A DNA stretch of 64,000 nucleotides. Origin: Clostridia bacterium (lineage in GTDB: Bacteria > Bacillota > Clostridia > TANB77 > CAG-508). The first letter of the stretch is position 1; the number at the start of each line of letters is the position of its first letter. The stretch is from positions 8 to 64,007 of the forward strand of contig JAFRCC010000006.1 in the NCBI GenBank assembly GCA_017404545.1, given 5' to 3'. Position numbers and translations under genes: made by a program. The notes beneath the pieces are model-generated. The model was not told the DNA's origin. It saw only the letters and a program-made list of their open reading frames with translations, and made no database searches. Shown here piece after piece: positions 28,148 through 39,247 of the stretch.

Positions 28148-28417
28148 TACAATTATTATCTAAATATATATCGATAATAAATTATAATTTTATCTATCTA
28201 TTTTTATCAATTTATTTTATTTTTTCTAATACTTTTGTTTTAATCAGCTCTTGCTATTTTTATTAGAGTATATATTGAAGGTACGTTTAATTTAACTAAT
28301 TTAACTTTTGAGAAAAATGTTACTTCATCTTGTGCGAATTTTAGTGAATTATCTTACCATTTTGTTTTTCCTTCGATAATGTACCTTCATCATTCCTTTA
28401 TTTAGAGCTGATTTATT

Positions 28418-29755
28418 ATGAAAATTAATTATACTCCGTTGAATAGTAGTTTAGATATTAACAAAAGACAAATTCAAATGAGTATAGCTCCAAAAACCAC
28501 TAAGGAGGACAAGGATTACAAATACCGCATTGATCCTATTGTCCCCGTTAGTATAGCTCAAAACTTAATCTTGCAGAACAATCGTCTTGATAAATCTATT
28601 CGTATCTTAGCTCAAGATGTAATCTTAAATGAGTTTACTTATTTATCTGATACGGAAAATGAGATTGAAAATACTGTTTCTAGCTTTTGGAAAAATAATA
28701 TAAACGAACTCTATAAACAATTGCAAGAATATTATTCTTACGGTTTCGGAGCTTCAGAGATAATATTTGATGAAAAAACCGGATTGCCTAAAGAGTTGTA
28801 TCAAATTCCCGCCGAAACCTTATTCATCAAACAAGAATCTAATAGAGATGGAACTTACAGTTATTACGCCATTCAAAAGATTGACGGAAAATCAGACGTT
28901 AAGATGAAACTCAGTCGTTTCGAGTATGATCAAGAGGACGATGACTTACCAGTTTGCTTTTGGTTAGGTGGTGGTAAGACCAGTGAGTTTTATGAGATTC
29001 CTTATTGGTTACCTGCATTTAACAGTATATCTGCTAAAGTAGCTTTGGACGAGTTAAATGCTAAAAAAATCAATGAAGGGAACTTAATGAGTGGAATACT
29101 TGTTATAAGACGTCCGCCTGCTTTTGAGGGTCAAAAAGAAAAAACTAAAAAAGACCTCGAAGACCAAATGACTGACGCCGGAACTGGTATTTTAGTAATG
29201 GACTTAGAGAGCTTCAACGCTGATATTCCTTTAGAAGTTCAATATGTTCCGATTAGTGAGCAAAATTATTCCTATTTATCAGAATTGGCTGACCGTTGCG
29301 ATGAGGACATTTTGGCTTGTTTTAGTATTCCTAAAGTCCGATTAATGATTGATGACGTTACAGAGTCAATGAATAGTCAAAAATCCAATACTATTTATGA
29401 AATTTATACTAAGAGTTTGGAAAATGAACAATTACCTTTCGAGATTGAAATCAACAAATTCAACAGGAAATACTTCAAGTACACTGGCGTAATCGATATA
29501 GAAACCCCAATTTTTAGTGATAAAAAGGACGTTGAAGTTACATCAATATTAAATCTCTTCAATAACGGCATATTAACGTTAGGAGAGACCATTAAAGCAG
29601 TTAGCGTTTATTATCCAAAACTAGCCTTGGAGTATAATGAGACTAATCCATTATTTAATGAGCGTTATTACAATGGAAGGTTATTAGGTACAAACGAATA
29701 TTCTAGTGAAGAATTTAGTGAGATTGAAGGTGTTATGAAATGGTTTCAACCTTGA
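28418..29755 (+). CDS. portal protein (by position and size)
   Basis: 445-aa ORF immediately after terminase; acidic C-terminus. Confidence 0.5.
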   Translation: MKINYTPLNSSLDINKRQIQMSIAPKTTKEDKDYKYRIDPIVPVSIAQNLILQNNRLDKSIRILAQDVILNEFTYLSDTENEIENTVSSFWKNNINELYKQLQEYYSYGFGASEIIFDEKTGLPKELYQIPAETLFIKQESNRDGTYSYYAIQKIDGKSDVKMKLSRFEYDQEDDDLPVCFWLGGGKTSEFYEIPYWLPAFNSISAKVALDELNAKKINEGNLMSGILVIRRPPAFEGQKEKTKKDLEDQMTDAGTGILVMDLESFNADIPLEVQYVPISEQNYSYLSELADRCDEDILACFSIPKVRLMIDDVTESMNSQKSNTIYEIYTKSLENEQLPFEIEINKFNRKYFKYTGVIDIETPIFSDKKDVEVTSILNLFNNGILTLGETIKAVSVYYPKLALEYNETNPLFNERYYNGRLLGTNEYSSEEFSEIEGVMKWFQP

Positions 29756-30579
29756 GCCGTAAATACTGGGAACGTAAATCTCTCATAGAAAAAAGACAGA
29801 ATAGGCTGTCCGCTTATTATATTCAAGTCTACAATAATAACGTCATTGATAAGTTCATTAAAGATTATCTTAATGATGAAAACGCTCCTAGACCAACTCA
29901 AGCAATGTTATATGGTGATTTATACGTATTGAATAAACCGGAAGTTTATAAACAATACAATAGAATCATCAACTCAAAGTATACTAGCGATTCTGCATTG
30001 CAAAATATGATATTACGTAATAAGGCTGATGCTCGTTTGAATACTATTGTAGAAACTGAACTAAAGCGTATTAATAAGAATTTAGATTATACTGAAAAGG
30101 TTTTAGGAACTCATGAATTGAATTTAAAAGAGTATCAGAAAATTGCTCAACGTGAAAAAGCAATTGCTAATCGTAAAAATATCATGGAAAGGAGCGTTAA
30201 AGATGTAGATTTCATTAGGAGCAAATTTGGAATAAATATTGATTCTAATGTATTTACTTACAGAGATTTGGATATAACTGCCGAAGCTCTCAATAGACAA
30301 ACTCAAATGGGTTCTAGCTTTGACGAATACGACGCTATCAATCAAGAAGCAAGGCTTAATGGATTACCTGACGTTTATACTGAAAAAGAGTGGATTTGGA
30401 CTAACGAAGGTCAAACTACAAGGCATTCAAGTAACGACGGTCAAACCGTTGGATTTTATGATTACTTTCAATGTATACATGACGTTACTGGCGATGTTGA
30501 ACCCTTAATGTATCCTTGCGACCCTAACGGTAGTTTTGAGAACACTTGGATTTGTTATTGTCAATTCAGAGCATTTTAA
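29740..30579 (+). CDS. minor head / head morphogenesis protein (by position)
   Basis: ORF overlapping the portal stop. Confidence 0.35.
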   Translation: MVSTLSRKYWERKSLIEKRQNRLSAYYIQVYNNNVIDKFIKDYLNDENAPRPTQAMLYGDLYVLNKPEVYKQYNRIINSKYTSDSALQNMILRNKADARLNTIVETELKRINKNLDYTEKVLGTHELNLKEYQKIAQREKAIANRKNIMERSVKDVDFIRSKFGINIDSNVFTYRDLDITAEALNRQTQMGSSFDEYDAINQEARLNGLPDVYTEKEWIWTNEGQTTRHSSNDGQTVGFYDYFQCIHDVTGDVEPLMYPCDPNGSFENTWICYCQFRAF

Positions 30580-30760
30580 TATATATTCCTTTATTAATTT
30601 TTATACCATAAATTCACCAATCTAATTATTCCAATTGGACTGATTAATCTTAAATCAGTTCAATTGTTCTTTTTGTTTATTTTAATCAGTCCATAGTGGT
30701 ATTTTTATCTAGTTCGAGTCTAGACGCTATGATTTAGAAAAATGAAAGAGAGGCATTTAA

Positions 30761-31756
30761 TTGAACGAAGCAACTTATGTTACTGGTGTTGTAATTGCTA
30801 ACGGTGTCCCGGATTCCGACGGGGATTGCCTTGATAAAAAAGACATCAAAACAATCTTTACAAAATATCTCAATCGAGATACCGATGTAATGCACACTAG
30901 AATCAAAAATGAAGGTGTAGAGGTTTTAGCTAACTGGATTACTGAAACAGACACCGAAATTAACGGAAAAATTGTTCCTTCAGGTTCTTGGATGGCTACT
31001 TTCGCAGTAACGAATGAAGAACTATTATCTTCAATAAAAGATGGTAGTATTTCAGGAATAAGTCTTGGAAGTGTATCTGAAGAGGCGATGACTAAGAAAT
31101 ATTGGTTTATTAACAAATCAATACACTACGAGGACTTAGATGATATGGAAGAAGTAATCCCGTTGTTTATATCTTTCGTAGACAAAGGAGCAAATCAATA
31201 TGGTTTGCAGATTGAGGATTACAACATTTATATTAATAAAAACGATAAAACTGGTGGAAATATGACTAATGAAGATAAAACTGAAGATGCAATGATTCCA
31301 ATATCAGCGCTCGGTAAATTAAAAGATATTTTCAGTATCAACAAAAATCAAGACGATACTGACGAAAAACCCGATGATGTTGATATTAATAAAGACGAAA
31401 CTATTGATGATACAGCTCCGGAAGGAGATGTTACCAATAAAGAATTATTAGAACAATTACCTGCATTATTAAAAACCGCTGTTGTAGAAGCATTCAAAGA
31501 AGTCGCAGAAACAAAAACCGATGATTCTACAATCGATAAAGCTGACGATAATGACGAGGACGATGATGACTCTGATGATGTAGAAATTAATAAAAACGAA
31601 GATAAAGATGACGATTCTACTGAAGATGAAACTGACGACGTTGAGATTAACAAAAGGCAAACTAGTATGACTGACGTTGTTGTAGATACTACTTCCTCAT
31701 CTGATTTCTACAAAAGAACCGGTAGAGATCACTTAGGTAGAAAAATTAGAAGTTAA
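30761..31756 (+). CDS. prohead protease / scaffold-like protein with a highly acidic C-terminal half (TTG start)
   Basis: Position before the capsid gene. D/E-rich low-complexity tail typical of scaffolds. Confidence 0.4.
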   Translation: MNEATYVTGVVIANGVPDSDGDCLDKKDIKTIFTKYLNRDTDVMHTRIKNEGVEVLANWITETDTEINGKIVPSGSWMATFAVTNEELLSSIKDGSISGISLGSVSEEAMTKKYWFINKSIHYEDLDDMEEVIPLFISFVDKGANQYGLQIEDYNIYINKNDKTGGNMTNEDKTEDAMIPISALGKLKDIFSINKNQDDTDEKPDDVDINKDETIDDTAPEGDVTNKELLEQLPALLKTAVVEAFKEVAETKTDDSTIDKADDNDEDDDDSDDVEINKNEDKDDDSTEDETDDVEINKRQTSMTDVVVDTTSSSDFYKRTGRDHLGRKIRS

Positions 31757-31786
31757 ACTTACAAATTATTTGAAGAGCTGATAAAT

Positions 31787-33184
31787 ATGTCTGTAGAAGT
31801 TGTAACAAAAGAGACAATTGATAAAAATTTGCCATTTATTTTAAAATGGTCTAAAAATCCTAAAACTAACGGAGGCGCTATCAATCCGGGTTGGAAACAA
31901 CAAACTGAAATTGATAGGTTCCTTGAATTAGTTGAAAATACTCCTAGTATATTAAACGATGCTAGATTTATCCAAATGGAAAGTATAGAACACGATATTT
32001 CATACTTACGTGTTAAAGCTAGATTGCAATCAATGAAAAAACTTAGCGGTGATAATAAAGGTGCTCCTTTACAAAAAGAATATACTACTGATTTAGACGA
32101 AGTTGTACCTGAATTTAGCCGTTCTAAACTCGAAGCTGAACCATTTTCAATATTCACTTACACTAGTAAATTGTTCTTAAAAACTAATATTGAAAAAGAG
32201 TCCTTTTTACCACACATGGAAGCAATCTTAGCTGAAAGAGCCGGTTATTCTGCCGAAAATATTGGTATGTACGGTATTAAAAACGACAATACAACCAGTA
32301 CCGACGGAATACATCAAATTAACGGTGTTTTCAAACAATTACAAGACATCGCAAGTACCTACGAAACCAACGTAGCAATCGACCGTAAAGCTCCGATGGG
32401 TTATTTCAAAGACATCGACGCCTCAAAAGATTTAGTAAAACAAATCAAAAGAATGATTACTCAATTTACTAAACAAAGAGGTAAAAGGTCTAAAGCTAAA
32501 ATCTACGTTTCTACTGAATTAGAAGGTCTTTTAATTGAAGAAGCAGACCAAAGACCAACCGAACGTGGAGATAACCTTTATTTCGATGATAACGGACAAT
32601 TAACCTTATGGGGCGTTCCTATTGCTCAAGCTGATTTCTTAGACGAACCCGACAACGGATTTGATGAACAAATCTTAATGGCTGACCCAGATTCTATTGT
32701 ATTTGGTTTCTTAAATGAAATTGAATCTGAAAACGATTATGAGTTATCCGCAAAAGCTTACTTGTCTACTGTGGACGTCTACTTCGATGTATTAATCTTG
32801 TATAATAAAGACGTTCTCGCTGCTAGAATCATTAATATTCCTTCCGCAGTTATAGACGATGAGGAAACTGAAGAAGAAAATACTTCTTCTCAAACCTCAA
32901 CTCAAGAAGATACATCTTCCCAAACTTCTAATGAAATAGAAACTCCAACAACCCGTAACATTAATTTTGTAATTAATGACGGAACTGACGCAATACAAGG
33001 CGCTACTGTAACTATCGGTGAGATAACTGGTACTACTGGTAGTCAAGGCGGTTGTACATTACAAGGAGTAAGCGATGGTGAAAATTCCGTAACTGTTGAA
33101 GCTGAAGGTTATACTACCAAAACTGAAACTATCACTGTTTCCGAGTCTGATACTTCATTTACCATCAGTTTAGTGAGTGCATAA
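31787..33184 (+). CDS. major capsid protein with C-terminal Ser/Thr linker and Ig-like domain
   Basis: Position after protease/scaffold. Start carries GAGCTGATAAATATG. C-terminal Big-like segment (GATVTIGEITGTTGSQGGCTLQGVSDGENSVTVEAEGYTTKTETITV). Confidence 0.55.
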   Translation: MSVEVVTKETIDKNLPFILKWSKNPKTNGGAINPGWKQQTEIDRFLELVENTPSILNDARFIQMESIEHDISYLRVKARLQSMKKLSGDNKGAPLQKEYTTDLDEVVPEFSRSKLEAEPFSIFTYTSKLFLKTNIEKESFLPHMEAILAERAGYSAENIGMYGIKNDNTTSTDGIHQINGVFKQLQDIASTYETNVAIDRKAPMGYFKDIDASKDLVKQIKRMITQFTKQRGKRSKAKIYVSTELEGLLIEEADQRPTERGDNLYFDDNGQLTLWGVPIAQADFLDEPDNGFDEQILMADPDSIVFGFLNEIESENDYELSAKAYLSTVDVYFDVLILYNKDVLAARIINIPSAVIDDEETEEENTSSQTSTQEDTSSQTSNEIETPTTRNINFVINDGTDAIQGATVTIGEITGTTGSQGGCTLQGVSDGENSVTVEAEGYTTKTETITVSESDTSFTISLVSA

Positions 33185-33271
33185 ATATTTTCTTAGAGAT
33201 TGGTTTTTCTCAACTGATTTTACCTATTGAATAATCAATCTCTTGAGTAATTATTTCGACATCTTTTTCTG

Positions 33272-33682
33272 TTGGTGGTGTTTAGAATGGATGAAGAGAC
33301 AATAATTAAAGAGGTGTTATTTAAACTCGATAATTGGATTGTAGGCGATGTAGATAATAGCGAGGATTTACTTGAAAGTAATTCGGATTTATACGATGAT
33401 ATGACTTATAACAAGAAAACATCAACTGAAGAAATCCTACATTTCTACGACGTAGCGACAAATTATGCTCGCTCCTATACTCAATTAACTGATTTTTCAG
33501 ACATTCCTATTAGCGATACTGCTTTAATATTGTGGACTGCCGGTTTATTATGGCGTAAATACGACGTAAGACCTAATGAACAAATTGATGAATCATATCC
33601 TATCGGTTACGGAGACTCATTAATTATTCAAGCTAAAGAGATGTTAAAACCTTATAAAAAATATAGTTTCAATATTTTCTAG
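33272..33682 (+). CDS. head-tail connector/completion protein (by position)
   Basis: ORF. Confidence 0.3.
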   Translation: MVVFRMDEETIIKEVLFKLDNWIVGDVDNSEDLLESNSDLYDDMTYNKKTSTEEILHFYDVATNYARSYTQLTDFSDIPISDTALILWTAGLLWRKYDVRPNEQIDESYPIGYGDSLIIQAKEMLKPYKKYSFNIF

Positions 33683-33696
33683 TTTTAGGTGATAAT

Positions 33697-34224
33697 ATGG
33701 GTGCTTGGGACGAATTAGATACAAAAGTCAATATAAATCTCAATACTGATGAATTAGACGAGTTTATTGAGTTTTTAGAGTCCGACCCCATATTTGAACC
33801 GGCGGTGGAACTCGCTCATAAATATAGAAACGGAATTGTAGAAGGTTCTAAAATAGGAGCTAAAAGAGTTTCTGAAACTAATAAATCCTTACAAGAATTA
33901 GCGATAGCAACTAACGCTACATTTACTTCAACCAGTAATGGAAGTTTATTGCGTAGTATTGAAATCGAAGAGGAATCTGAAACTTCTTTTATCATCGGAA
34001 CTAATATTGCTCATTTTTATCCATTATGCGTTGAAAAAGGAAGGCGTGAAGTTAGACCAGTTTATAAGAAAGTTCTGCATTGGTATACCTTATCGGGCGA
34101 TGAGGTATTCAGTAAATATAGTTCACCGGCTCCTCCTAGACCTTTTGTAAAACCGGCTTTTGAGGAAACTACTAGCAGAGCTGTAGATATTGTTAAAGAG
34201 GCGATTTATGATGCTACAATCTGA
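33697..34224 (+). CDS. head-tail joining protein (by position)
   Basis: ORF with RBS AGGTGAT. Confidence 0.3.
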   Translation: MGAWDELDTKVNINLNTDELDEFIEFLESDPIFEPAVELAHKYRNGIVEGSKIGAKRVSETNKSLQELAIATNATFTSTSNGSLLRSIEIEEESETSFIIGTNIAHFYPLCVEKGRREVRPVYKKVLHWYTLSGDEVFSKYSSPAPPRPFVKPAFEETTSRAVDIVKEAIYDATI

Positions 34225-34681
34225 TGAAATCATATTAAGAATATTATTAAAAGCTAAAAGCGAGGGAAATTCCATATTACAGCATTTTAAAATTGGATTT
34301 CCCTCTAAACAAGTTGTTCAAGAAAGCAATAGTATATTCATCGGAGCTGTGGATAGTGAGTCTAACATTGAGGGCTTTGAGTTTTCCAGTTTTACTGATC
34401 TAGTTGAAGTGCTTATTGTTACTAAGAACCGAGATTATTTGGAATCTATCAAAATCATCAAAATAGTATCAAAAGAAATTACTAAACTAATCTATGAAAA
34501 TGTAGATTTATTTGATAATAAGCCAATTATACGTAATTTAACACCTGAATACAACCGAGATTTTGTTTTAACTAGAGGTCATTTGAGAGTTCAAGTTAAA
34601 TCACAACCAGAGTCATTAGTTCCAACGGAAGATGAATATACTTTATGCAATATTCTATTAGAAAAAATTGAAGAAAAGTGA
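34190..34681 (+). CDS. tail completion protein (by position)
   Basis: ORF. Confidence 0.3.
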   Translation: MLKRRFMMLQSDEIILRILLKAKSEGNSILQHFKIGFPSKQVVQESNSIFIGAVDSESNIEGFEFSSFTDLVEVLIVTKNRDYLESIKIIKIVSKEITKLIYENVDLFDNKPIIRNLTPEYNRDFVLTRGHLRVQVKSQPESLVPTEDEYTLCNILLEKIEEK

Positions 34682-34687
34682 GTTTTT

Positions 34688-34852
34688 ATGTCAAAATTTG
34701 ATTTAGAAAAAGAATTAGATGATTTACTTTGTCCTAATATGTTTAAATCCGGTTTGAAGTATTACATTTCATCTAATAATCTGAAGATTACTAATAAAAA
34801 AGAATTTGAAAAAGTGATTAAAGAATACGCTAATTTGAAAATAGGAGGTTAA
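34688..34852 (+). CDS. small hypothetical protein (54 aa)
   Basis: ORF MSKFDLEKELDDLLCPNMFKSGLKYY... filling the gap before the major tail gene. Confidence 0.3.
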   Translation: MSKFDLEKELDDLLCPNMFKSGLKYYISSNNLKITNKKEFEKVIKEYANLKIGG

Positions 34853-34855
34853 AAA

Positions 34856-35890
34856 ATGGGAGTTTTACCTAAAGTTCAAGTTTATATGAAGAAAAATCCT
34901 GTAAAAAGCCGTTCCGGAGTAGCATCTAAAATTGCAGTAATTGGAGCTTTTGAGAATATTTCTGAAAATCCTATTTTATGTAATGGTCTTGATGAAGCTT
35001 ACGAGCTTTTAGGTGATGATACTGAAAATTATATTGGTAACGATTGTCTAGAAGTATTGTTTTACGGAGCTTCAAGCGTTTTAGCAGTAAATATTACAAC
35101 TAGTTCCGGTTCCGGTGAAAATATAACTATTAATAAAGATTTAACCACTGCTAAATTGACTTCTGCTTTAGCTAAAATAAGTGGTGAAGATTTTGACATG
35201 TTATACGTTTGTGGAGTTATAGACAATAATACTATTCCGATTATTACCGGATTTTTAGATACAAGATTTTTAAATAAACAACCCGCCGGATACGTAGCTT
35301 ATTATGATGGAAATCCTGAATTAGCCGGAGATTTCTGTTACGGATTGTTAAAGCAACAATTAACTATTAATGATACTTTATTATCTCAAATTAAAAGTGG
35401 AGCTTATTATTGTGCTATTTTAGCGAGTTTAAACGTTGGAAACAGTATGACTATGAAAGTTGTACCTCAAGTAACTGCCGTTACTCCGGAATTAACATTT
35501 GAAACTGGAAGTACTGGTTTAAGTTACTTAACTTCAGGAATAACTGTTTTTAGATGTTTAGACCGTGGAAATAACAAATACGTAGTTGTTAATAGTGAAC
35601 AACCTAACGGATTGGATTTATATATTAATCGTGTTCGTGATTACGTAGTTAAAGAAATGGCGTTACATCAATTCTTAGGTAATAGAAACCGCAAAGCAAG
35701 TTTAAATGAAATTAAACAAGAAGTAGACAGAGTTAAAGACAGATGCGTTAATACTCTTGATTTGCTTGAAGATATTGAATATGACGTCGTAAAGAAAAAT
35801 GCAAAATGCGTTGATATTAACATCACTAAATTGTTATTTGCTGATATTATTACAGAAATTGACGTTTACATTACAATTGAGGTGGAATAG
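34856..35890 (+). CDS. major tail protein (tube or sheath-like)
   Basis: 344-aa ORF upstream of the chaperone-like ORFs and the tape measure; RBS AGGAGG. Confidence 0.4.
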   Translation: MGVLPKVQVYMKKNPVKSRSGVASKIAVIGAFENISENPILCNGLDEAYELLGDDTENYIGNDCLEVLFYGASSVLAVNITTSSGSGENITINKDLTTAKLTSALAKISGEDFDMLYVCGVIDNNTIPIITGFLDTRFLNKQPAGYVAYYDGNPELAGDFCYGLLKQQLTINDTLLSQIKSGAYYCAILASLNVGNSMTMKVVPQVTAVTPELTFETGSTGLSYLTSGITVFRCLDRGNNKYVVVNSEQPNGLDLYINRVRDYVVKEMALHQFLGNRNRKASLNEIKQEVDRVKDRCVNTLDLLEDIEYDVVKKNAKCVDINITKLLFADIITEIDVYITIEVE

Positions 35891-36286
35891 ATGGCTAATA
35901 AGGAAGTTATTATTGATGGTAAAAAGATGATGTACGGAACATCAGCTAAAGCAAGCCCGGAGACCAATACTTCCACTACTTCAACTTTTGATGGAGTTAT
36001 CAATGAGGGATTAGACGACGTCCCTTGGAGTCTTGAGTTTTCAAAATTAAGATACGAAGGTTTGGCGTCTCATAGAGAGATGTCTGAAACCTTAGACCAA
36101 ATGATTAGTATTCCTAAAATGATTACTATTCGTGAAACTGTTATTAGCGCTGATGAAACCTATACTATTGTTGATAACTACTTCGATTGTCTAGTTAATG
36201 GTAATGACTACGAAGTAAAACCGGAAGATAAGACTGTTGAAAATCTTAAGTTTAAATCAAGTCGTCGTGAAAGGAAATATGAATAA
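35891..36286 (+). CDS. tail assembly chaperone-like protein (by position)
   Basis: Small ORF between the major tail gene and the tape measure. Confidence 0.3.
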   Translation: MANKEVIIDGKKMMYGTSAKASPETNTSTTSTFDGVINEGLDDVPWSLEFSKLRYEGLASHREMSETLDQMISIPKMITIRETVISADETYTIVDNYFDCLVNGNDYEVKPEDKTVENLKFKSSRRERKYE

Positions 36287-36396
36287 AAACGGTACCAACT
36301 GTTTTTATTCATTCTTTTTTTTTAAATTTTTATTCAATTTAATTTTTTAAGAGAATTTTAATGTTTATAGTTATATTAAACTAGGAGGATTTTATA

Positions 36397-36810
36397 ATGT
36401 CCGTAAAAGATGAAAAAGAAAAGGAATTAGAACATTTAAGTCAAGAAACTGAAATCTTCGAGTTGGATCAAGTAATTAGTGAAGGGGTTAATGCTAAAAT
36501 TCCGTTTACCTTTACCTATCCAAATACTAACAAAAAAGTCGGAGTCTTAGTCAGGCCTTTGTCTACTAATGAATATCAGAGAGCAATTTTATCCAGTAAA
36601 AAACTAAAAACTAACTTTTTAATCGAGTTAGCTAAATTAGGTGTTTATAGAATGGACGAATCCAGATTTCCTGAAGAGTTAATAATGGATTTACCTGCCG
36701 GAGTAATTACTATGATTACTAATGAAATTAACCGTATTAGCGGTGTAGAATTAGTTGATGGTTCTGAAGAAGTCCAACAACAAATATTCGACGACTTAAT
36801 GGGGTTTTAA
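36397..36810 (+). CDS. tail assembly protein (by position)
   Basis: ORF with RBS AGGAGG. Confidence 0.3.
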   Translation: MSVKDEKEKELEHLSQETEIFELDQVISEGVNAKIPFTFTYPNTNKKVGVLVRPLSTNEYQRAILSSKKLKTNFLIELAKLGVYRMDESRFPEELIMDLPAGVITMITNEINRISGVELVDGSEEVQQQIFDDLMGF

Positions 36811-36985
36811 ACCTAGAAAATGGAAAATTAAGACACTTAACTCAATTATACATAGCCGGATACAAACTAAACAACGGCAATATTGAAAACCTAACAAATT
36901 TACAAAAAATAGCGATAATTTGTATGAAAGAAATTAGCAGAAATCACAGTTTAAAAAATAAAGCATTTTTCGTAGTTGATTAAAA

Positions 36986-39247
36986 ATGGCAGAAAATAAC
37001 TTAGATATCAATGTTAGAGCTAAAGCTGACAAAACCGAAGTAGAGGACTTGTCAGATGCAATAAATACTCTAAAAGAAAAAGACAATAATGTAGATATTG
37101 CCGTTAATGTTGATAATTCTGAAATTGATGATGCTGAAGAGTCTAGCGAAAATCTAAGCGATTCAATGGAAAATGCTTCAGATAGCGCTGATAATCTAAG
37201 TTCTTCAATAGGGAATGTTGATAGTTCACCTATCGATGACGTCTCAAGTTCCGCGGGAGATGCTGATGAGAATTTGGATAGCGCTAGCGGTTCTGCTGAA
37301 AATCTACAAGTCAGTATTTCAAATATCGACCCTTCAATTTTTGAACAATTAGTCGATTCAATAAGGGCGTCTGCTGAAGAGATGGAGAATTTAAAGAATA
37401 ATACTGACGACGCTAACACTAGCATGACTATGGTTGATGCTATGGCTAGTGCAACATTATCGGCTGGAGTAACTAGTGGGTTTATGTCCGCTTCAAATTC
37501 CGCCGGAAATTATACTGATACTATGGTTCGTTTAGGCTACGCATTGAGCGATACTAGTATGACTGCGGAACAAGCTGAACAAAGATACGGAAGTTTAATT
37601 TCAACTATGGTTTCTGAAACCGGTAGAGGTGCTGGAGCTGTACGTTCTCATTTAATTAGTTTAGGAAATGTAGGAATTACAAATGAGCAAATATTAAAAG
37701 ACAGTTTTGAAGGAATTTCTAAAGCGTCTTTTCAAATGGGTGAAAATCTCGAAACTATGGAGATGAAATTTCAAGCAATTGCACTCACTGGTATGGCAGG
37801 TAAAAGACAATTAAAGTCTTTTGGTCTTGAAACTAAAGATTTAGCTGACGTTATGGGAGTTTCTGTTGATGAGGTTTCAGATAAATTCAAGAATTTAGAT
37901 GCCGAGTCTAGAGCTTCAATTTTATCTACAGCTTTGAATATGAAATACGGTTCAGAAGTAACTGAAAATTACAAAAACAGTTATGAACATCTCATCGATT
38001 CTCTAAATAGGGCAAAAGATTATTTCATCAGAGTTGTAGGTGAGGCGTTATTACCTATTTTAATTCCGACTATTCAAAATACTGCAAATATTATCAATAC
38101 TCTAGCGGGAGCGTTTCGAGGACTTCCTGACCCAATCAAGGGAGTAATTGGTTCTGCTCTTAGTTTAGTTGCGGGAGTTACTGCTATTGGTTTGGGAATA
38201 TCAGCGACTACTAAGTTTATTTCAGCAGCGATTGGCCCTTTCCTCAAATTAGCTCAATCCGAGCGTGCCGTAGCGATAGCCCAATGGTTACTCAATGCGG
38301 CGATGGACGCTAACCCTATCGTGTTAATTACAATTGCGATAATTGCTTTAATTGCGATTCTAGCTTATTTGTATTTCAACAACGAACAAGTAAGACAAGC
38401 GATTGATAATTTAGGTCAAAGCTTTATTAACGCCGGTCAAATAATCTATTCTAGCGTTTTAAACTTTGTAAATTGGGTAGTTAGTCAATTACAATTTCTT
38501 TATAATTATATTATGACTTTAGGCGGTTTATTAGATTCCAACGTTTCAATTACGGGAAATAATATTATAGATAGCGTTATAGCAGTCATGTATTTTATTG
38601 CAACTTTGCCTTATCAATTATCGGTTATTTTCATTAATATGATTGCTAAAACTTTGGGCTTTGGGAATAACTTTGTTCAAAGAATGTTTAGTGCTGGATT
38701 AAATTCAGTTACTAGATTTATGGGTCAAATAACAACCCTTCCGTCTAGATTTATGACTGAATTAAATAAAATGTTATCGGCGGTTAATACGTGGGCGTCT
38801 ACTTTGCCTGCTAAATTTTGGGAAGCGGGAGTAAACGCTGTTAAAAACTTCTTATCAGCATTAGGAATTAATTCTCCCGGAACTATGCAAAAGAAATTGA
38901 TTAAAGAGATGGAAGATACCGGCTCAAGAATACCAATTGCTAGTGAAGGAATTATCAAAAACTTAGGAGTTGTTGCTAAAAACGCTGTTAAATCCTTTGG
39001 AAATCCTAAATTTGATGTAGGATTTAATACGGGTGATTTAAATGAGATAAAATCCGGTAATTTAGAGATATCCAATACCAGTTTATTAGAGTTATTATCA
39101 TCTAGCGGTAATAACGGCAATGGAAAAACAATTAATCTTACTCTAAATGTCGGTACTGTTGATAAAAGGGAGAGAGTTGATGAAATTATTGATGCTGTTC
39201 GTGAATATTTCTTATGGGATAATACAACAGCAGGGAGGACTGTATGA
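36986..39247 (+). CDS. tail tape measure protein
   Basis: 753 aa with an acidic N-terminal region, central hydrophobic TM segments (VIGSALSLVAGVTAIGLGI...IVLITIAIIALIAILAYLYF), and a position typical of tape measure proteins. Confidence 0.7.
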   Translation: MAENNLDINVRAKADKTEVEDLSDAINTLKEKDNNVDIAVNVDNSEIDDAEESSENLSDSMENASDSADNLSSSIGNVDSSPIDDVSSSAGDADENLDSASGSAENLQVSISNIDPSIFEQLVDSIRASAEEMENLKNNTDDANTSMTMVDAMASATLSAGVTSGFMSASNSAGNYTDTMVRLGYALSDTSMTAEQAEQRYGSLISTMVSETGRGAGAVRSHLISLGNVGITNEQILKDSFEGISKASFQMGENLETMEMKFQAIALTGMAGKRQLKSFGLETKDLADVMGVSVDEVSDKFKNLDAESRASILSTALNMKYGSEVTENYKNSYEHLIDSLNRAKDYFIRVVGEALLPILIPTIQNTANIINTLAGAFRGLPDPIKGVIGSALSLVAGVTAIGLGISATTKFISAAIGPFLKLAQSERAVAIAQWLLNAAMDANPIVLITIAIIALIAILAYLYFNNEQVRQAIDNLGQSFINAGQIIYSSVLNFVNWVVSQLQFLYNYIMTLGGLLDSNVSITGNNIIDSVIAVMYFIATLPYQLSVIFINMIAKTLGFGNNFVQRMFSAGLNSVTRFMGQITTLPSRFMTELNKMLSAVNTWASTLPAKFWEAGVNAVKNFLSALGINSPGTMQKKLIKEMEDTGSRIPIASEGIIKNLGVVAKNAVKSFGNPKFDVGFNTGDLNEIKSGNLEISNTSLLELLSSSGNNGNGKTINLTLNVGTVDKRERVDEIIDAVREYFLWDNTTAGRTV

